A stretch of DNA of 64,000 nucleotides from the human T2T-CHM13v2.0 reference genome, Homo sapiens. The stretch lies in the NCBI RefSeq assembly GCF_009914755.1, contig NC_060934.1; one strand, written 5' to 3'. The first letter of the stretch is position 1; the number at the start of each line of letters is the position of its first letter. Shown here piece by piece: positions 1-14,104 of this stretch. The position numbers and the translations under genes were made by a program. The notes beneath the pieces were generated by a model. It worked only from the letters and a program-made list of their open reading frames with translations. It had not been told where the DNA came from and made no database searches.

Positions 1-390
1 TGTTCAGACAAATCCCATTTAAGGGCCATTCTACAAAATGCCTGACCAGACCAGTATTCCTGAAACTGTCAAAGTCATGAAAAACTTCCTTGTTTTTCAT
101 GTCTGAAAGACTGTCACAGAGCAGAATGTGGAGACATGATGATTACATGTAACACTGAATCCTGGCACAGAAAAGACATTAAAGGAAAAATTAGGGAAAT
201 CTGAATAAAATGTAGAGTTTAGTTAGCAATAACATATCAGTGTTGGTTTATTGGTTGTGACAAATGTATCATAGCAATATAAGGTTACAATAGAAGAAAC
301 TGCAAGAAAGGTATACAAGAACTCCTCTGTACTATCTGTAATTTTTCTGTAAATCTAAAACTATTCTAAAATTAAAAGTTTATTTAAGAA
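1..390 (+). mobile_element. Old L1MC-type 3' end fragment
   Basis: Characteristic L1MC 3'UTR text (gaactcctctgtactatct...gtaaatctaaaactattctaaaattaaaagttt); boundaries approximate. Confidence 0.65.
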
Positions 391-1689
391 AACCAAGCCA
401 TGCATAATTTTATACACATATTCTACAATAAAATGACCCAACAAATCAAAATGGAAGAGAATTAGATCCTAAACTAATCCAGATTTTTAGAAAAATAACC
501 AAGCTAATAAGTGTAATAATACAGGAAGATAAAATGTACCAAAGAGAATTAAGAGGCTCTTATCTCAATTCTTACCATGGGAACAATTTTTCATTTGTGA
601 CAAGACCTGAATTATATGTTAGTCCATTTAGTACAAAGTAACCATCAAAATAGTTAAATCCTCAACTGTTGTACACTCCTATGGATAGCAATATTTCTAG
701 AATAATGAACCTTGTCCTCCCTTTTTCTGATAACCCATCATAACTCTGGATGTCTTGGGTTTCCAAGAAAGACTTGTGGGAAAATATGTGAAACAAGTCA
801 TTAAACTTGGGCTTCAACTGCTATACAGCTCATAAAACAAATAGAACTAAACTGATTTATTTGAGCCATCTGATTTTTTGCTCAAGAGACAGGGTCAAAA
901 CCACCCTTTAGGGTTCAAATGGTAATATTCTTTCTCTGTATGAACATGAGCAGTGTAGTCAACAATTGCTATGTAGTCTAATTCCTTAATTGACTAAAAA
1001 TACTGTCAGGCCCCAAGTTATAATCAAATTGTGTTTTAAACTGCTGTCATATCTGTTATGTATAATTTATAACACATGTTCTCAATGACAAAATTCTTAT
1101 AAAGGATGGCTAAATGCAGTCTAGTTCAGAAAACTTTTTAACCCGTAAAATAAAAGATGTTCACAGCAATGTAACCAAGGTGACTACTGCCCTGAAAATA
1201 GACTATGAGCCAACTCTAGCAGAAAGCGAGCCCCCTCCAAACAAACAAACAAACAAAAAAACATATCCTGGATTATTCCCTATTCAGACTCCACCTCATG
1301 TTTTCTAAAGAAAATGGAAAGTAAGCATCCAGGGTAAGCCAGTTGCAGTGTTTCAGAGAGTGGATAGAGGTGGAAAGCAGGATTTATAATATTAGATAGA
1401 AAGGAAGGATAGCTAATATAAGAAATACTCTGTGAACAGGATTTTTCCACTAACTGTCAGCAGCACTGAAGTTTCAAGAAAAACTGTGGACATTTCCAAG
1501 GTCCTGGATGAAAAGGTATGGACAGCAATCCCCAAAGCCAAAGTTATGGCCAAGAAGAGCTGAAGATGCTTTGCATAACCAAGCAAGGCACTCAGCTAGG
1601 AAAAACACTAGAATGGCCCACTAAGACAGGCAAGAAAGTCTTGAGCCCAGGGCCTGCCAAGGACACCTGAAGGATTCCAAGTAACAGTG

Positions 1690-1850
1690 GAAGGCCACAC
1701 ACTAAATAGAGTGCAGGCTTTGGAAATAAATCTGAATTTGAATCCTCTGCCTTTAATTAGACCTGTGACCATAAGAATCTTTCTTAACTGCTCTAAGACG
1801 CAGTTCTTTCATTCATCAAATCAGAATAAAAAATATCCATTTCTGAATTT
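1690..1850 (+). mobile_element. MIR fragment
   Basis: MIR core-like motifs (tgaatcctctgcc...tgtgacc...cagttctttcattcatcaaa). Confidence 0.55.
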
Positions 1851-1854
1851 CTAA

Positions 1855-2355
1855 CAGTTTTATATTGATGTTCTAACAAATTATCACAAATTTGGCTGCT
1901 GAAAACAACACAAATTATCATTTTACAGTTCTGGAGGTAAGAAGTCTGAATTAGGCCGCATGGGCTAAAATCAAGGTGTCAGTAGGACTGCGTTCCTTCT
2001 GGAGGCTTTAGGGAAGAATCTATTTCTCTGCCTTTTCCAGCTTCAGCAGGCCACACACATCCTTGGCTCTTTACCCCATTTCTCTGTTCTCAAAGCCAGC
2101 AACATGGGGCCAAGTCCTTCTCATGCTGCCATCTCTCTCCTGCCTCTCTCTTCCATGTTTAAAGATCCTTGTGATTACACCGGACCCACCCAGGTAATCC
2201 AGGATCATCTCCATATTTTGCAGGTCCATTGATTAGCAACTTTAATTCCCTCCGCCATCCTAATTCCCTTTGCCATGTAACACATTTCATATTTATAGTA
2301 CAGAATTAGAGCATAGAAATCTTGGGGGTTGGGGGGTCTATTATTATGCTACCAC
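1855..2355 (-). mobile_element. MLT1 (ERVL-MaLR) solo LTR, MLT1C/D-like
   Basis: Typical MLT1 text: acagttctggagg..gaagtctgaa, aatcaaggtgtcag, ccttgtgattacac..cccacccaggtaatccagg. Confidence 0.75.
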
Positions 2356-2911
2356 ATCATCATATAGAGTGTGAGAATTATATGCCATAATGTATATAAA
2401 GCAGTTGGCATGTAGCATGAGTCCACAAAATAATAGTTTTCTCAGCCTCCCCAGCTTCCCTCCCTCATTTACCATCAGAAATCTTCCTCTAATAAATCTC
2501 TTGCATATCTGATACTGTGTGAACATCTTCTTCTTGGATGACCCAATTAACCAGTTACATCAACTCCAGCAGAGCTTCCATACTGTCAAGAATCATAGTA
2601 TTAGAATCAAAAGACACATAATAAATGCTCTATTCCAATCACTTCATTTTATAAATGAGGGAAACAAGACCAGAACAAAGAGTAACTTGCCCAAGGTCTA
2701 AAATCAGTAGGCAGCATAGCTTGTACAAGAATACTTGTAGCACCATTAGGATTATTCTATGCTGCCTGTGGGATTCTGGGGCAGGAACAAGCTCTTTTAT
2801 GACTACAAAAGTTGATATTCCAGTGTAAAACTTCTGGAAGTAGAAAAGAAGATTCTAACAGTGATGAATCTCAAGGGAACAGAGAAAAGGAGTCCTCTTC
2901 TAGAAGAGGAC

Positions 2912-3045
2912 AGGCCAGGCACGATGGTTCATGCCTGTAATCCCAGCGCTTTGGAAGGCCGAAGTGGTCAGATCACTTAAGGCCAGGAGTTCAATACCTA
3001 CCTGGCCAACATGACAAAACCCCATCTCTACTAAAAATACAAAAA
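2912..3045 (+). mobile_element. Alu left arm only (AluS-like)
   Basis: ggccaggcacg...ctctactaaaaatacaaaaa, then abrupt loss of Alu homology. Confidence 0.85.
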
Positions 3046-3049
3046 GAGG

Positions 3050-3215
3050 TTTATGAAACCATCAGATCTCTTAAGAATTCACTCACTTATCATGAGAACA
3101 GCATGGAGGAAACTGCCCCCATAATCGAATCACTTCCCACCAGGTTCCTCGCTTAACATGTGGGGATTACAATTCAAGATGAGATTTGGGTGGGGACAAA
3201 AATGAAACCATATCA
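3050..3215. mobile_element. Partial MST/THE1 (MaLR) LTR
   Basis: aaaccatcagatctc..gaattcactcac..gggattacaattcaagatgagatttgggtggggac..aaaccatatca. Confidence 0.8.
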
Positions 3216-4150
3216 ATCCCCAAGAACGTGGATTATTTCTCATGTGACTTTCTCAAACAACACTTTTTCTCCAACTCCCTAGCAATGGTGCTAAAAGAAG
3301 GAAAGTACACACCATGGCAATAGCATCAAACAATAGTTTTAAGAAGGTGAAGCCTAGAATAGAACAAATTTGTGAGAAAAGAGCACCACTATTAATATAT
3401 GAATATTGAGCACTATGTCTGTTTTAACCATATATTCCATGTTCAATATATACCTACAACAGTGCCATCAGTAGAAACTCACTGTCCTTGCTCTAATACA
3501 CTCAATATTTTCACCCAAATAATAGAATCCTTTCCCCCAATTAGTATGAGTGTAGAAGAAATGACAATGATCTACAGTGCAACTTCTCATGTAATCAGAA
3601 ATTGGTAGAGCATGCAAATCCAAGGCTGATGTATTCACATCATGTCCGAATATCAGGCTTTGCATTAGTAGTGGGGATGGGGTAGGATAATATCAGTGTC
3701 TGATTTCTGCCCACGTGGTCAGCCACCATTAGTATGTTTTGCAGGAAAGTGGATAAGTGAAAACCAACTTAAGCTTCTTCTGCTTCAAATAGGATATTTT
3801 CATCTTTTCAAGCCATGTATTTTTTCTTTGATGAATGTTTTATAAGTCTTCTCTATTTTCTCTCCTTCATAGTAACACTTCTGTTGGACATGAATAAGAT
3901 TTAGAATTCATGACTGTCTGTGACATGTCCTGAAAACTAGTTTCACTATCTCAGATCATAAACTGTACTTGTCTCATGTCATGGAGCAAAAGCAAAATGT
4001 CTTCATCACTTTTTAAAATCAACATGTAAGTAAATTACTCTTTTGACATATGCCTTAAAATTATCTTTTACCTCTTAGCAAAGATTAAATGCCTTAGCTT
4101 TGCCCTACAACAATATAACACTACTTCTTATACTTCCATCTCTGAACCTG

Positions 4151-4213
4151 AAGAATCTACATTACAGCCAAGCATGCTCCAAGAATCTACACTAAAACCA
4201 AGCATGCTCCAAA
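4151..4213. repeat. 30-bp tandem duplication
   Basis: aagaatctac(a)..a.ccaagcatgctcc present twice (4151-4180, 4181-4210). Confidence 0.9.
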
Positions 4214-5622
4214 GTCAATCTGATATATTCCTTTTCTCTCTTGAAACATTGTATATTAACTTTCATTTTTATGACTTGCTTTTCTCACATTGTTATCGTA
4301 GCTTCTACATTCTTTATCCTTCAAATACATTTTTATAATTCCCTGATTTTACCCAATAATAAGATTAAAGCATGTGAGTGCTCTAGGCAGGCTAATGACA
4401 TGGTATTCCTTCATACCAATATTCTTTAAATACTGTACATATTCAACATAGGTTTATATACTTAACACTGTCCAGGAGATAGGCAAAGAATGAAGAAAGC
4501 ACTTTCCTATGGCTTTGTTTTCATTCTAACTGTTGAATTAGAGCTTTGACTTCCAGATATAGGGCCACTGGTTGGACCTGAACCCAAATGAATTGATGTT
4601 ATTTCCAGGACATAGTCCCTGGGTGTGGAAACCAGTTGTGTAACTGACTAATACTGGTAATATGTAAAGTGTGTAATGGCAGCACATTGTTTAAATTTGC
4701 CAAAGTCTGGCTCGTTTGGTTTAAGAGAATTTTTTAAAAATTAAATAAATTTGCCCAAGTGATTTTTTGTAGTTGACAATCCAGCTTTTCTATCTACCAA
4801 TCTCAAAAAAAGAGACATACTGCAATTAGTAAAAATTATTTGAGAAGTTTTCAAGACTTATAGATTATTATTTCAAAACGAAACAGCATAAATAGCTTAC
4901 TTTTTCATTTTATTACTTTTCTATGATAGTAATCTGTTTTAAGATTTTCTTTACATTTATTCATTTATTTTGCTGCCAAGTGTCCTGAGACTCTTCTGGC
5001 ATTATTTTTGATTACAGGGAGTAGGAAAAAAAAGACTTTAAAAAGGCCATTTATTTTTCCAATACAAATTTCATTATGGAGGTAATATTAATCATAAAAG
5101 AAGATACTAACCAAAAAAAGGAGAAAAAAGAGAAATGAAAATATATTGTGTCCAGGTTAGAAGGTCTCTGATAAAAGACAATCTAAATCTCCCAATACTA
5201 TACAGTAAATTACTAAGGTAATAATGTTCTGTCATGTGAATATCCATTCCTATTGTACTTTATATGATTTGTGAGTTGGTGATGTATGAAGCTGGCATTG
5301 AAAGCAAGATCAGTGAGTAATTTGATTAAACATGCTGAATTTACAGAATTTACACTACTTGGATACTAAAAATTATCAGGCTTTCTGTCTCACTAAAATT
5401 TACTAGGAAAAGAGGCAAGTTCTTCCTAGAACAGCAATTCTCAAGCTATGGTCTAGAAACAAGCACTTTCCTGAACATTTGGCTTGGTAGAATAGAATGA
5501 ACACACTATAGAGGGAAATATCCCAAGAGGACATTGAGAGAACACTGATATATTAGGTTATTTCTCTTTTTCAGTGAGTCTTCAGAGTAGAACATTTGGA
5601 GTGCCACTAACCATTAAAATTG

Positions 5623-5673
5623 TATTCCAAGATCTTAGAAGGGTACTCCAAGATCTTAGAAGGATATCCCAAG
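5623..5673. repeat. 21-bp tandem repeat, about 2.4 copies
   Basis: ta(t/c)tccaagatcttagaagg repeated. Confidence 0.9.
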
Positions 5674-7196
5674 TACCTGTCTTATGCCCCTATCAGCAAT
5701 GTGCCCCAAAATCCCCATTCCTGACCTACTTAGCTTGTAGTCTATGAAAAGGAACCACAGTAAGATAAAGAAAAGTGAAAAATTGTCAATGTTCAATATA
5801 CAACCTATATTTTTCAATCAGATTTATTTATATGACCACACTTAGGACAATCTCACTATTTGCAATTTTCTGAATCACCAAAAAGAAATAAATAGGGAAG
5901 CAAAAAGGTTGTATAAAATGACCACAGAAGAATCACAATTATTTCAAAATTTTGCCAAATAAAGAAATCATAAGACATGAAGAAATCATAAAATCTCTAT
6001 TCCTCTTTGAGCTCTATTTAATGCAAGTCTTTCCTAGTCAATTAACCTCCAGGCTTTATATCATTAATCTAATATTTATATCATTGGCCATTCTGTCTTA
6101 AAAACATCATGTATGTTTCATTAAACATCCAGCAACACAAACAACATGATGCATTAGGAGATGGCCAGTCCTAGAAAGAGAAGCTCTGATTAACCTTTCA
6201 TTATTTATTCACATAAGAAGTATGAATTCACAGAAGAAATCTAGATGGCCATCAATCAACTCCAGAAAAGAAATGATTTTGTTTTTAATCACAGCTACTT
6301 ATGTTTGCATTAGCCAAATTCCTCATTATATTTGTAGTCACCAGTTTTGTAGGTATGAAAGGAAGTTGTTGTAATATGTTGGTGGTAGCAGCTTCCTGAC
6401 CTCTGAATCTCAGCTCTGGATCTCAGTTTCATGATATCCCTTCTGGCTTCCACTGCCCCAGCCATTCTAGCAGGTGTTATAAGCACCTAATTCTCTCTGT
6501 TCCCTCAATTCCAAGTGAAAATGTCTAGAGTGGTTGCTATTTCCAGCACTGAACTCATTGACAGATGCCTTCTCTGACTCCTCTTCCACAGCAGGAGATG
6601 CTGTAAGTCAGCACCTTGTTACTACTCAACATTCAGGTAATTAATATCCTCGATTAACACACACTTTCAAACTCCTTACCATCTTTGTCTTGCCTGTTAA
6701 AAACACTCACAGTTATCTGAATCTGTAAGTGTGTTTTTCATTTTAAAAACATTTAACAAGCAAGACAAGGAAAGGGCACCTTCTAGTGCCTGGGAAAATG
6801 ACATCACAAATTTGCATACTTCCTCTCTTCAAAAAGGGAAAGAAAGAAGCAGAAAGTTTAGTGTCTTATACAAAATCCCAGGGCAAGACTCTGATTGGCT
6901 CAGCTTGAATCTGGCTCTGACATGCATCCCTGGACCAATCTATTGTGACTAGAATGAAGCTCACATAATAAAAAGGTGTCTGCTAGAAACCACTCCTCTA
7001 ACAATGAGTAAAGGGAAGACGTGGTGCTCTGAGAAGGTGAGATAAACAGATATTCTAGTAGATTTTTATTATACCTGTGTTCAAATCCTAGCTTTGCTAA
7101 TTGCCAGCTGTTGACCTAGGGATTGTTATGGAATCTCACTAACACAGAGTTTTCTTTTCCATCAAGAGAAAATAATTTTTAAAATTTACATCGTAA

Positions 7197-7521
<325 letters not shown>

Positions 7522-8022
7522 TCTGTAAGGATTATTTTACATAATACAAATGAAGCAATGGGCACGGCATCCAATATATTGTAAGTGCTCAGTAAATCTG
7601 AGTAGTTTGTTTTTATCATTATCAGGATGCTTCAGCTAAGTGGGAACAATCACCATCAGTTTTCTTGGCAAAAGAAACCAAAATTTACCCTTGATTTCAT
7701 TTGCTTGATGTCTAGACCCTACACCCAAAGACCATCTGAAAAAACTGACCACACAAACTCATATCAGGTTATCAGCTCAAAAAGGACATCGCCTTTCTAG
7801 CTGAACTTAAATGACACAAAGGCAAGATAAAAGGAATCCATGATTACAGTCATGTCCTCTGGAGAAGGGAGCAATGCACATTCACCTCAATACATGTGCT
7901 CAATTTAATCTAATACATAAAAGATCTGGTTTTCTGGGAGCCTTTTGTTACCAAACCAGCATCTACAACTATAAATAAGGTTTATTTAAATGATTTATCT
8001 TGAATTACCTAATAATTTCAGA

Positions 8023-8224
8023 CAGGGGTTAGTAAATTTTCTCTATAGGCTTTGCAGGCCATATAGTCTCTCTTGTGAATATTCAACTTTTCAATGAAGC
8101 ACAAACACAGCCATAGACAATACATTTTTTATAATGAGCATGGCTGCATTCTAATACAATTTTGTTTACAAAAACAAACAGAGATCTGTATTTGGCTGAT
8201 AGGCTGTCAATTGCCAATTCCTAG
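8023..8224. mobile_element. MER58A-like hAT-Charlie MITE
   Basis: caggggttagtaaa..ggctttgcaggccata..cagccatagacaatac..ttgccaattcct. Confidence 0.75.
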
Positions 8225-11200
8225 TTTAGATACAAAAGTCCTTCCCTCCCTTCCTACCTCCTTCTACCCCTTCTCATGATCCTCAATTATGCTCCTACGA
8301 ATGCTCTAACCCCAGTTCATCACCATCAGATGAATCATTCTAAAATACTGTTGTGTATGCCATTTTCCAGCTCAAAATCCTTCAAGCATTTCTATTACCT
8401 AAAACAAAACATTGAAACTCGATCCTGTTATTTAAAACATTCTATAATCCGGCTCTAACTGATTTTCCCATGTTATATTCCTCTTCTCTTTTACAGAAAT
8501 CATCCCATAAACTGATCTATTCATGCTTGCCCTTGGATATTTCCTTCTTAATTCTTTTCCTCATGTTTTCCCCACTATAGCAGTCTTTCGCTCCCCTATC
8601 TTCTTCACCAATTCAAATTTTTTATATTCTTCAAGGTCCAGAAACAAAAATAATAACTCGCGAATAAAAAGTACCTTGATCCCTTTAGATCCCAATTATC
8701 TTTCTTGTGACTTTTCAAATAAAAGCTATTGTTCATATCACTCCTGCGGCCCTTATCACATACTATTTACTCATCCAACTTGTGTTGGTTGTGTTGCTGC
8801 TGCTGATGTCATTTTATTGGAAGAGCAGACAGCCTGTATGTTTCTTGAAAGTAGTGGCTGAGTATTAAACCTCTTTGAAGAGCCCAGCAGACCTTTTGGG
8901 GTACTTTGTACATACACTGAATATATAATTCATTAAAGCTAAAGGACAAAAAGATATCCATGTATCCCTTTTTGCAGTAAGTGCCTTTCAGCAATTAGTG
9001 GGCCTTTTAACAAAAAAGGAGTTTGAAATGATTCTATAAAGAAAAAGGACACTTTGTCCCCAAGAAAGAACCCAGGGAATGATTATTCAGGATGTATAAA
9101 ATTCTGGACTTTTGTTTTTGTTTTACCTAAAACCTTCCACATTGACCGTTTCTTATCATCCTCTTCAAAACTGTAGGTAAGAAAAAAAAAAAAGAAAAAG
9201 AAAGTACAGATCATTCAGTATTCTTCCTTCTTAGAGGCTTCGGGGGAGAAAAGTTTAATGGGGGAGAAATAGTAACAAATACCTAAAAGATTTTTAATGC
9301 TTTATGAAGGCAATTGCCTGTGTTTTTGCTGTCTCTCATAACCATAGATGGGTAATTGAGAATTAGCGTTGCTTCTGTCAAGTGCCATGGAAGCATTTTA
9401 GTTTCAAGCTGGAAAGATTCAGTGACATTTTGCATCATTTAAAATAATAAAGTCTTATGCATGTGGTGTCATTATAAGCAGTAACTTTTGATATCTGAAA
9501 AATGTTGCATTCTATTTATAAAAGGACCCTGTTTTTACACAGAATTTTATTTTTTTAAAGTAATTCTGTTACTCTCATTCTCCAGTCTAACAACAAAACC
9601 ATTTTCAGCCTTAATCGCCCAACTCAAAATACCAGCTATAATACTCTCATGCAATAGAAAGATGGTTTCAAAGCTGCCCTCCCCAAGTATTTCACAATAA
9701 GAGAGTTTGTATATTCTAGATTATAGACGAGGAAAGGAAAGGAAAAGAGAGGAAAACGATGAGGCTAGAATCAACTTTTCTAGTAAAGTTTTATCAATTT
9801 ATGATGCCTGCTGTTCAAAGGAAAAAATCCAAAACAAGCAAATAAATAATAGAGGTTTCAAGTAAAGAGCACATTTCAAAAAAGGGTCCACAGCCTTCAG
9901 GGAAAGATGTACCATAAAACAATTATCCTTGATAATACTGTATGCCCTTGTCCCCAGCTATGGTTATAACTCACATGGAGGTCAACTCAGCACCCAGGGG
10001 AGAGAACTACTGCCTATCAGAAAAATAAACAACAAGAAAATAAAACACAGAGGAGACTGTAGAATGTTCTTTTATTTGGAGAAGGTGAAAAACAGCCTCT
10101 GTACTGCACATGCACAAAAAATTAATAATAACCACATGAAAATCAAGCATTTAGTTATTTTCCCCCACATCGAAAGACACTGCCATTTACCTTGTCAACT
10201 GAGAACAATTCCTCTCCTCCCAAAGTCATATTTTTGTTTCAATTTGTATAGTATTTTCACTTGCATGGTTTTATCTCTATAGAATTCCTGCAGGTATGTT
10301 TTCTACCTGTCAGGTTATTTTTTATTTGCCATTTTAGTTTGTATCTAAAATTCTATATATGCTTCCAAAGAAGAATCAAAACTTATTTTGGAGTTAATTG
10401 TACACAATTATCAAATGTTCTTTGGATCTAAAGACATACTAATATGCACCATAATTTGTTTCTGCCAAAAAAAAATTTTCTCTCTTCATCTGTACAATGC
10501 TATTTTTTCTAATTATATGTGATGCTTTATTAATGGTATCTCATAGGGGAAATATGCCCAGATTCTTTTTTAAAATGTAAGCAATCTAAATATGTTCAAA
10601 GTTGTGCCACAAAATTATAAAATAGAGTTGGAAAACAATACAACAAGTTTTTTTGTGAGATTAACCCAGCAATAGCTTTCTACATGCAGTCAAATAATCA
10701 AATACAACAATGAAGTAGCAATACTGTGGTATAATCAATTGTTTTCTTCTCTTTCTACGTAATTATAATTGTTCTACTATAGAAAAGTTTAGGTGCTACC
10801 ATTGCTTTTAGGATAATCAGATATGCAGAGCCAAAAACTGAGACATATTTTTCTCCCTAGGAAGAATTTCAGTGTTGGCTGTACATTCATGTGTGAACAA
10901 AGCCAAAGAAGATGGCAAGAGTAAAATATGGGTTTGCTATATCCAAAGCGGGACAAAATGAGCTTCCGGGGAAATGAGGGTAGAGAAATATCACAAACTA
11001 TGAGATGTCAAGCGGTGTTTGAAAATCTAAATAATATCTGATGGTAGCCAAGACATGCCTATAAAATTGTTTCTTACATATGACAAACAGTTGTTTGTCT
11101 TTCTGGATTTGTACCACTTTCCCACTGATTCTTCATCATAACTTAATACCAGACTCTAACCTACAAGCACTTTAAAAGATCATAGCTATGTTATGGTGAA

Positions 11201-11308
11201 GATCCACAATTAAGGTAGCAATCAATAGATGCTCCCTAAATTTCAATGTGGAATAACGAGGGAGCAGACAGAAAACCAAAAGGCACACTGAACAAAAAGA
11301 ATAATGTT

Positions 11309-11465
11309 GCTGGGCACAGTAGCGCACATCTATAGTCCCACTGGCTAGGGAGGCTGAGGTGGGAGGATCACATAAGCCCAGGAGTTCAAGACTGAAGTGA
11401 ACTATGATCACACCACTGCACTTCAGCCTGGGAGACAGAGTGAGATCTCCTCTCAAAAAAAAAGA
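11309..11465 (+). mobile_element. Monomeric Alu (FAM/FRAM-like)
   Basis: Single monomer plus A-tail; degenerate TSD AAAAGAATAATGTT / AAAAGAAAATTGTT. Confidence 0.8.
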
Positions 11466-12009
11466 AAAAGAAAATTGTTGAACTGGAACCAAATCTCATA
11501 GTAACAAAGTTTCACATTTTAAAATTTCAGAGGGAAAACCTACTTTAATCACTAAAAATCTACAGTCTGAGCATGGCTAGTTAAGTTTTTGACTACACAT
11601 TATTGTCTTGGTAAACCAAATATTGACAGAATCTTCCAGCTTTTTTCATGCTCAATAACCACACTAAATTTGAAATATTATGATATTAGCCCTACATAAG
11701 TTTGGATGATCTTAGTCCTTCACAGTTTTCCCTACTTTTAGACTTCGTTCTCTAATAGACTTTCATGCCATTCAAATATTGCTTTTTTTAAAAAAAAATC
11801 CTTTATTATCTACCCCTAGGCATCATTTCACACATCCTTTACACCTAAAATGATAAACATCTGATTCCCATTTATTGAACAACATATTTTCATTCTAAAT
11901 ACTCATTTAATCTAACATCTTAGAGAACATGTGTTTAAAAACATAGGCTCTATGGTTGACTCTCTAGGTTGTAACTCATGACTATGTGACTAGTGTGACT
12001 GTAAGTTTC

Positions 12010-12328
12010 TTTATTTTATTTTATTTATTATTATTATTATTATTTTTGAGATGGGGCCTCACTGTCACTTAGGCTGGAGCACAGTGGTGCAATCATGGCT
12101 CACTGCAGCCTCGACCTCCTGGGCTCAGGTGATCCTCCCACCTCAGCCTCCTGAGTATCTGAGACTACAGGTGTGCCCCACCATGCCTGGCTAATTTTTG
12201 TATTTTTTGTAGAGACTGAGTCTTGCCATGTTGCCCACGCTGGTCTCAAACTCCTGGGCTCAAGCAATCTGCCATCCTCAGACTCCCAAAGTGCTAGGAT
12301 TATAGGCATGAGCCACTGTGCCTAGCCT
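12010..12328 (-). mobile_element. AluJ
   Basis: Dimer with J-type diagnostics (ctcctgggctcaagcaatc) and (TTA)n tail. Confidence 0.9.
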
Positions 12329-12335
12329 CCAACTT

Positions 12336-12543
12336 TCTTTTTTTTTTTTTTAACTTTAAGTTCAGAGGTACACACGTGGGTTTGTTATTAATACATTGGT
12401 AAACTTGTGTCATGGGAGTTTGTTGTACAGATTATTTCATCACCCAAGTATTCAGCCTAGTACCCGTTGGTGTTTTTCTTGATCCTCTCCCTCCTCCCAC
12501 CTGCCATCTTCTGATAGGCCCCAGTATGTGTTGTTTCCCTCTA
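12336..12543 (-). mobile_element. L1PA (about PA8-13) 3' end fragment
   Basis: tttaagttcagaggtaca..gattatttcatcacccaagtatt..cctctccctcctcccacc. Confidence 0.8.
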
Positions 12544-12562
12544 GGTTAATAAAGTAGGGAAT

Positions 12563-12695
12563 AGGCCAGTTGTGGTGGTTTATGCCTGTAGTCCCAGCTA
12601 CTCAGGAGGCTGACGGGGGAGGATTGCTTCAGCCTAGAAGTCTGAGGCCAGCTTGAGCAGCATAGCAAGACCCTGTTCCTTTTAAAAAAAAAATG
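12563..12695 (+). mobile_element. FLAM monomer
   Basis: Left-monomer sequence with A tail. Confidence 0.8.
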
Positions 12696-12859
12696 GAAAA
12701 GAAAGGAAGAAAAATAATTTAAAAGTTTTTTAAAAAAATTAGTGTATGCACCGCCATTGTAGACATGTGACCACATATATTCAGCCACAGAGTGTCAGTA
12801 TAGAAGTCTTTAAAAGACTGAACAAATCTTATGTAGCATGGATTGCCCCTCCAGGGTAC

Positions 12860-13230
12860 AGAGATGTAGCTTGGAGGCACTCAGGCCCCCTCACATCTGT
12901 GTACAAGCCTTCTAACTAGTTCTCATCAAAAGAACATGTGAACGTAAGTGATATATGCCGTTTTCTGCTGGTGCTATTAAGAAGCAGGTAGGGATTTTTC
13001 TCTCTTTCCCCTTTTACTGGTTAGAGGCAGATGATACAGAAGTCACACAATGGAATCAGCTTTTTATTCCTGGATCCCAGAATTACCAGGTAGATGAAAG
13101 CTGCCCAGCAACCGGGAACACACACATTGGATTATCAGGTGACTGAGCAAAAAATTTTTTATTGTGAATACCCCCACTGAAATGAGGGGGTTTCTTTGTC
13201 ACAACAGCAAATGACAGCTTACCTAAAACA
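12860..13230 (+). mobile_element. Old MLT1 (J/K-like) LTR
   Basis: 3' end pattern ttattgtg..ccactgaaatgagggggtttctttgtcacaacagc. Confidence 0.5.
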
Positions 13231-13748
13231 ATCACTTCTCCTATTTTTATTTTCATTTGTTTTGATGAGAACTTGCATTCGTATAAGGAAGCTTAAGCTT
13301 AAGTTCACTGCTTTGAGGCAGATGGGTACATCTTACTGTCTACTGTCAGAGGTAGTTGGGAAATAAGAAAGGGTTGGAAGAGTGTACCTGGGACCAATGC
13401 TAATTTTTTGAAAATTCTGTGAGCTGAAAACTCTAAGAACAAAAAACAGTCTTTTCTGTTCACTTAAAGCTTTAAAAAGCACTGCATAAAAAATTTCATG
13501 AGAGTTACTAAAAGGAGACATACAGTGTTATTCATTCTATCCAAAATCATTCTGATTTCCTGATTTTTCTCCGTACTTTCAAAGTCCTAACACCCTTAAA
13601 AATATACTAAATGAAATAATAGAAATGTAAGAATCTCTTATGAAGGACACATAAATCCCCCTAAAGTTGAAATCAATTTAATCCTTTTTGAAGCTGCTTT
13701 GTTCAACCTCTGAAAAACATATGCATGTTTAGGAAAAGTGGGTTTTTT

Positions 13749-14090
13749 TAAGGATGAGTTCATGTCCTTCACAGGGACATGGATGAAGCTGGAAACCATC
13801 ATTCTCAGAAAACGAACACAGGAAAACAGAAAACCAAACACCGCATGTTCTCACTCATAAGCGGGAGTTAAACAATGAGAACACATGGACACAGGGAGGG
13901 GAACATCATACACCGGGGCCTGTCGGGGGGTGGGGGGCTAGAAGAGTGATAGCATTAGGAGAAATACCTAATGTCAATGATGGGTTGATGGGTGCAGCAA
14001 ACCACCATGGCACATGTATATCTATGTAATAAACCTGCACATTCTGCACATGTACCCCAGAACTTAAAGTACAATAAAAAATAAAAAAAA
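13749..14090 (+). mobile_element. L1PA7/8-like 3' end, 5'-truncated
   Basis: ORF2 C-terminus, 3'UTR and polyA (gtaccccagaacttaaagtacaataaaaa). Confidence 0.9.
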
Positions 14091-14104
14091 GAAAAGTGAT
14101 GTTC

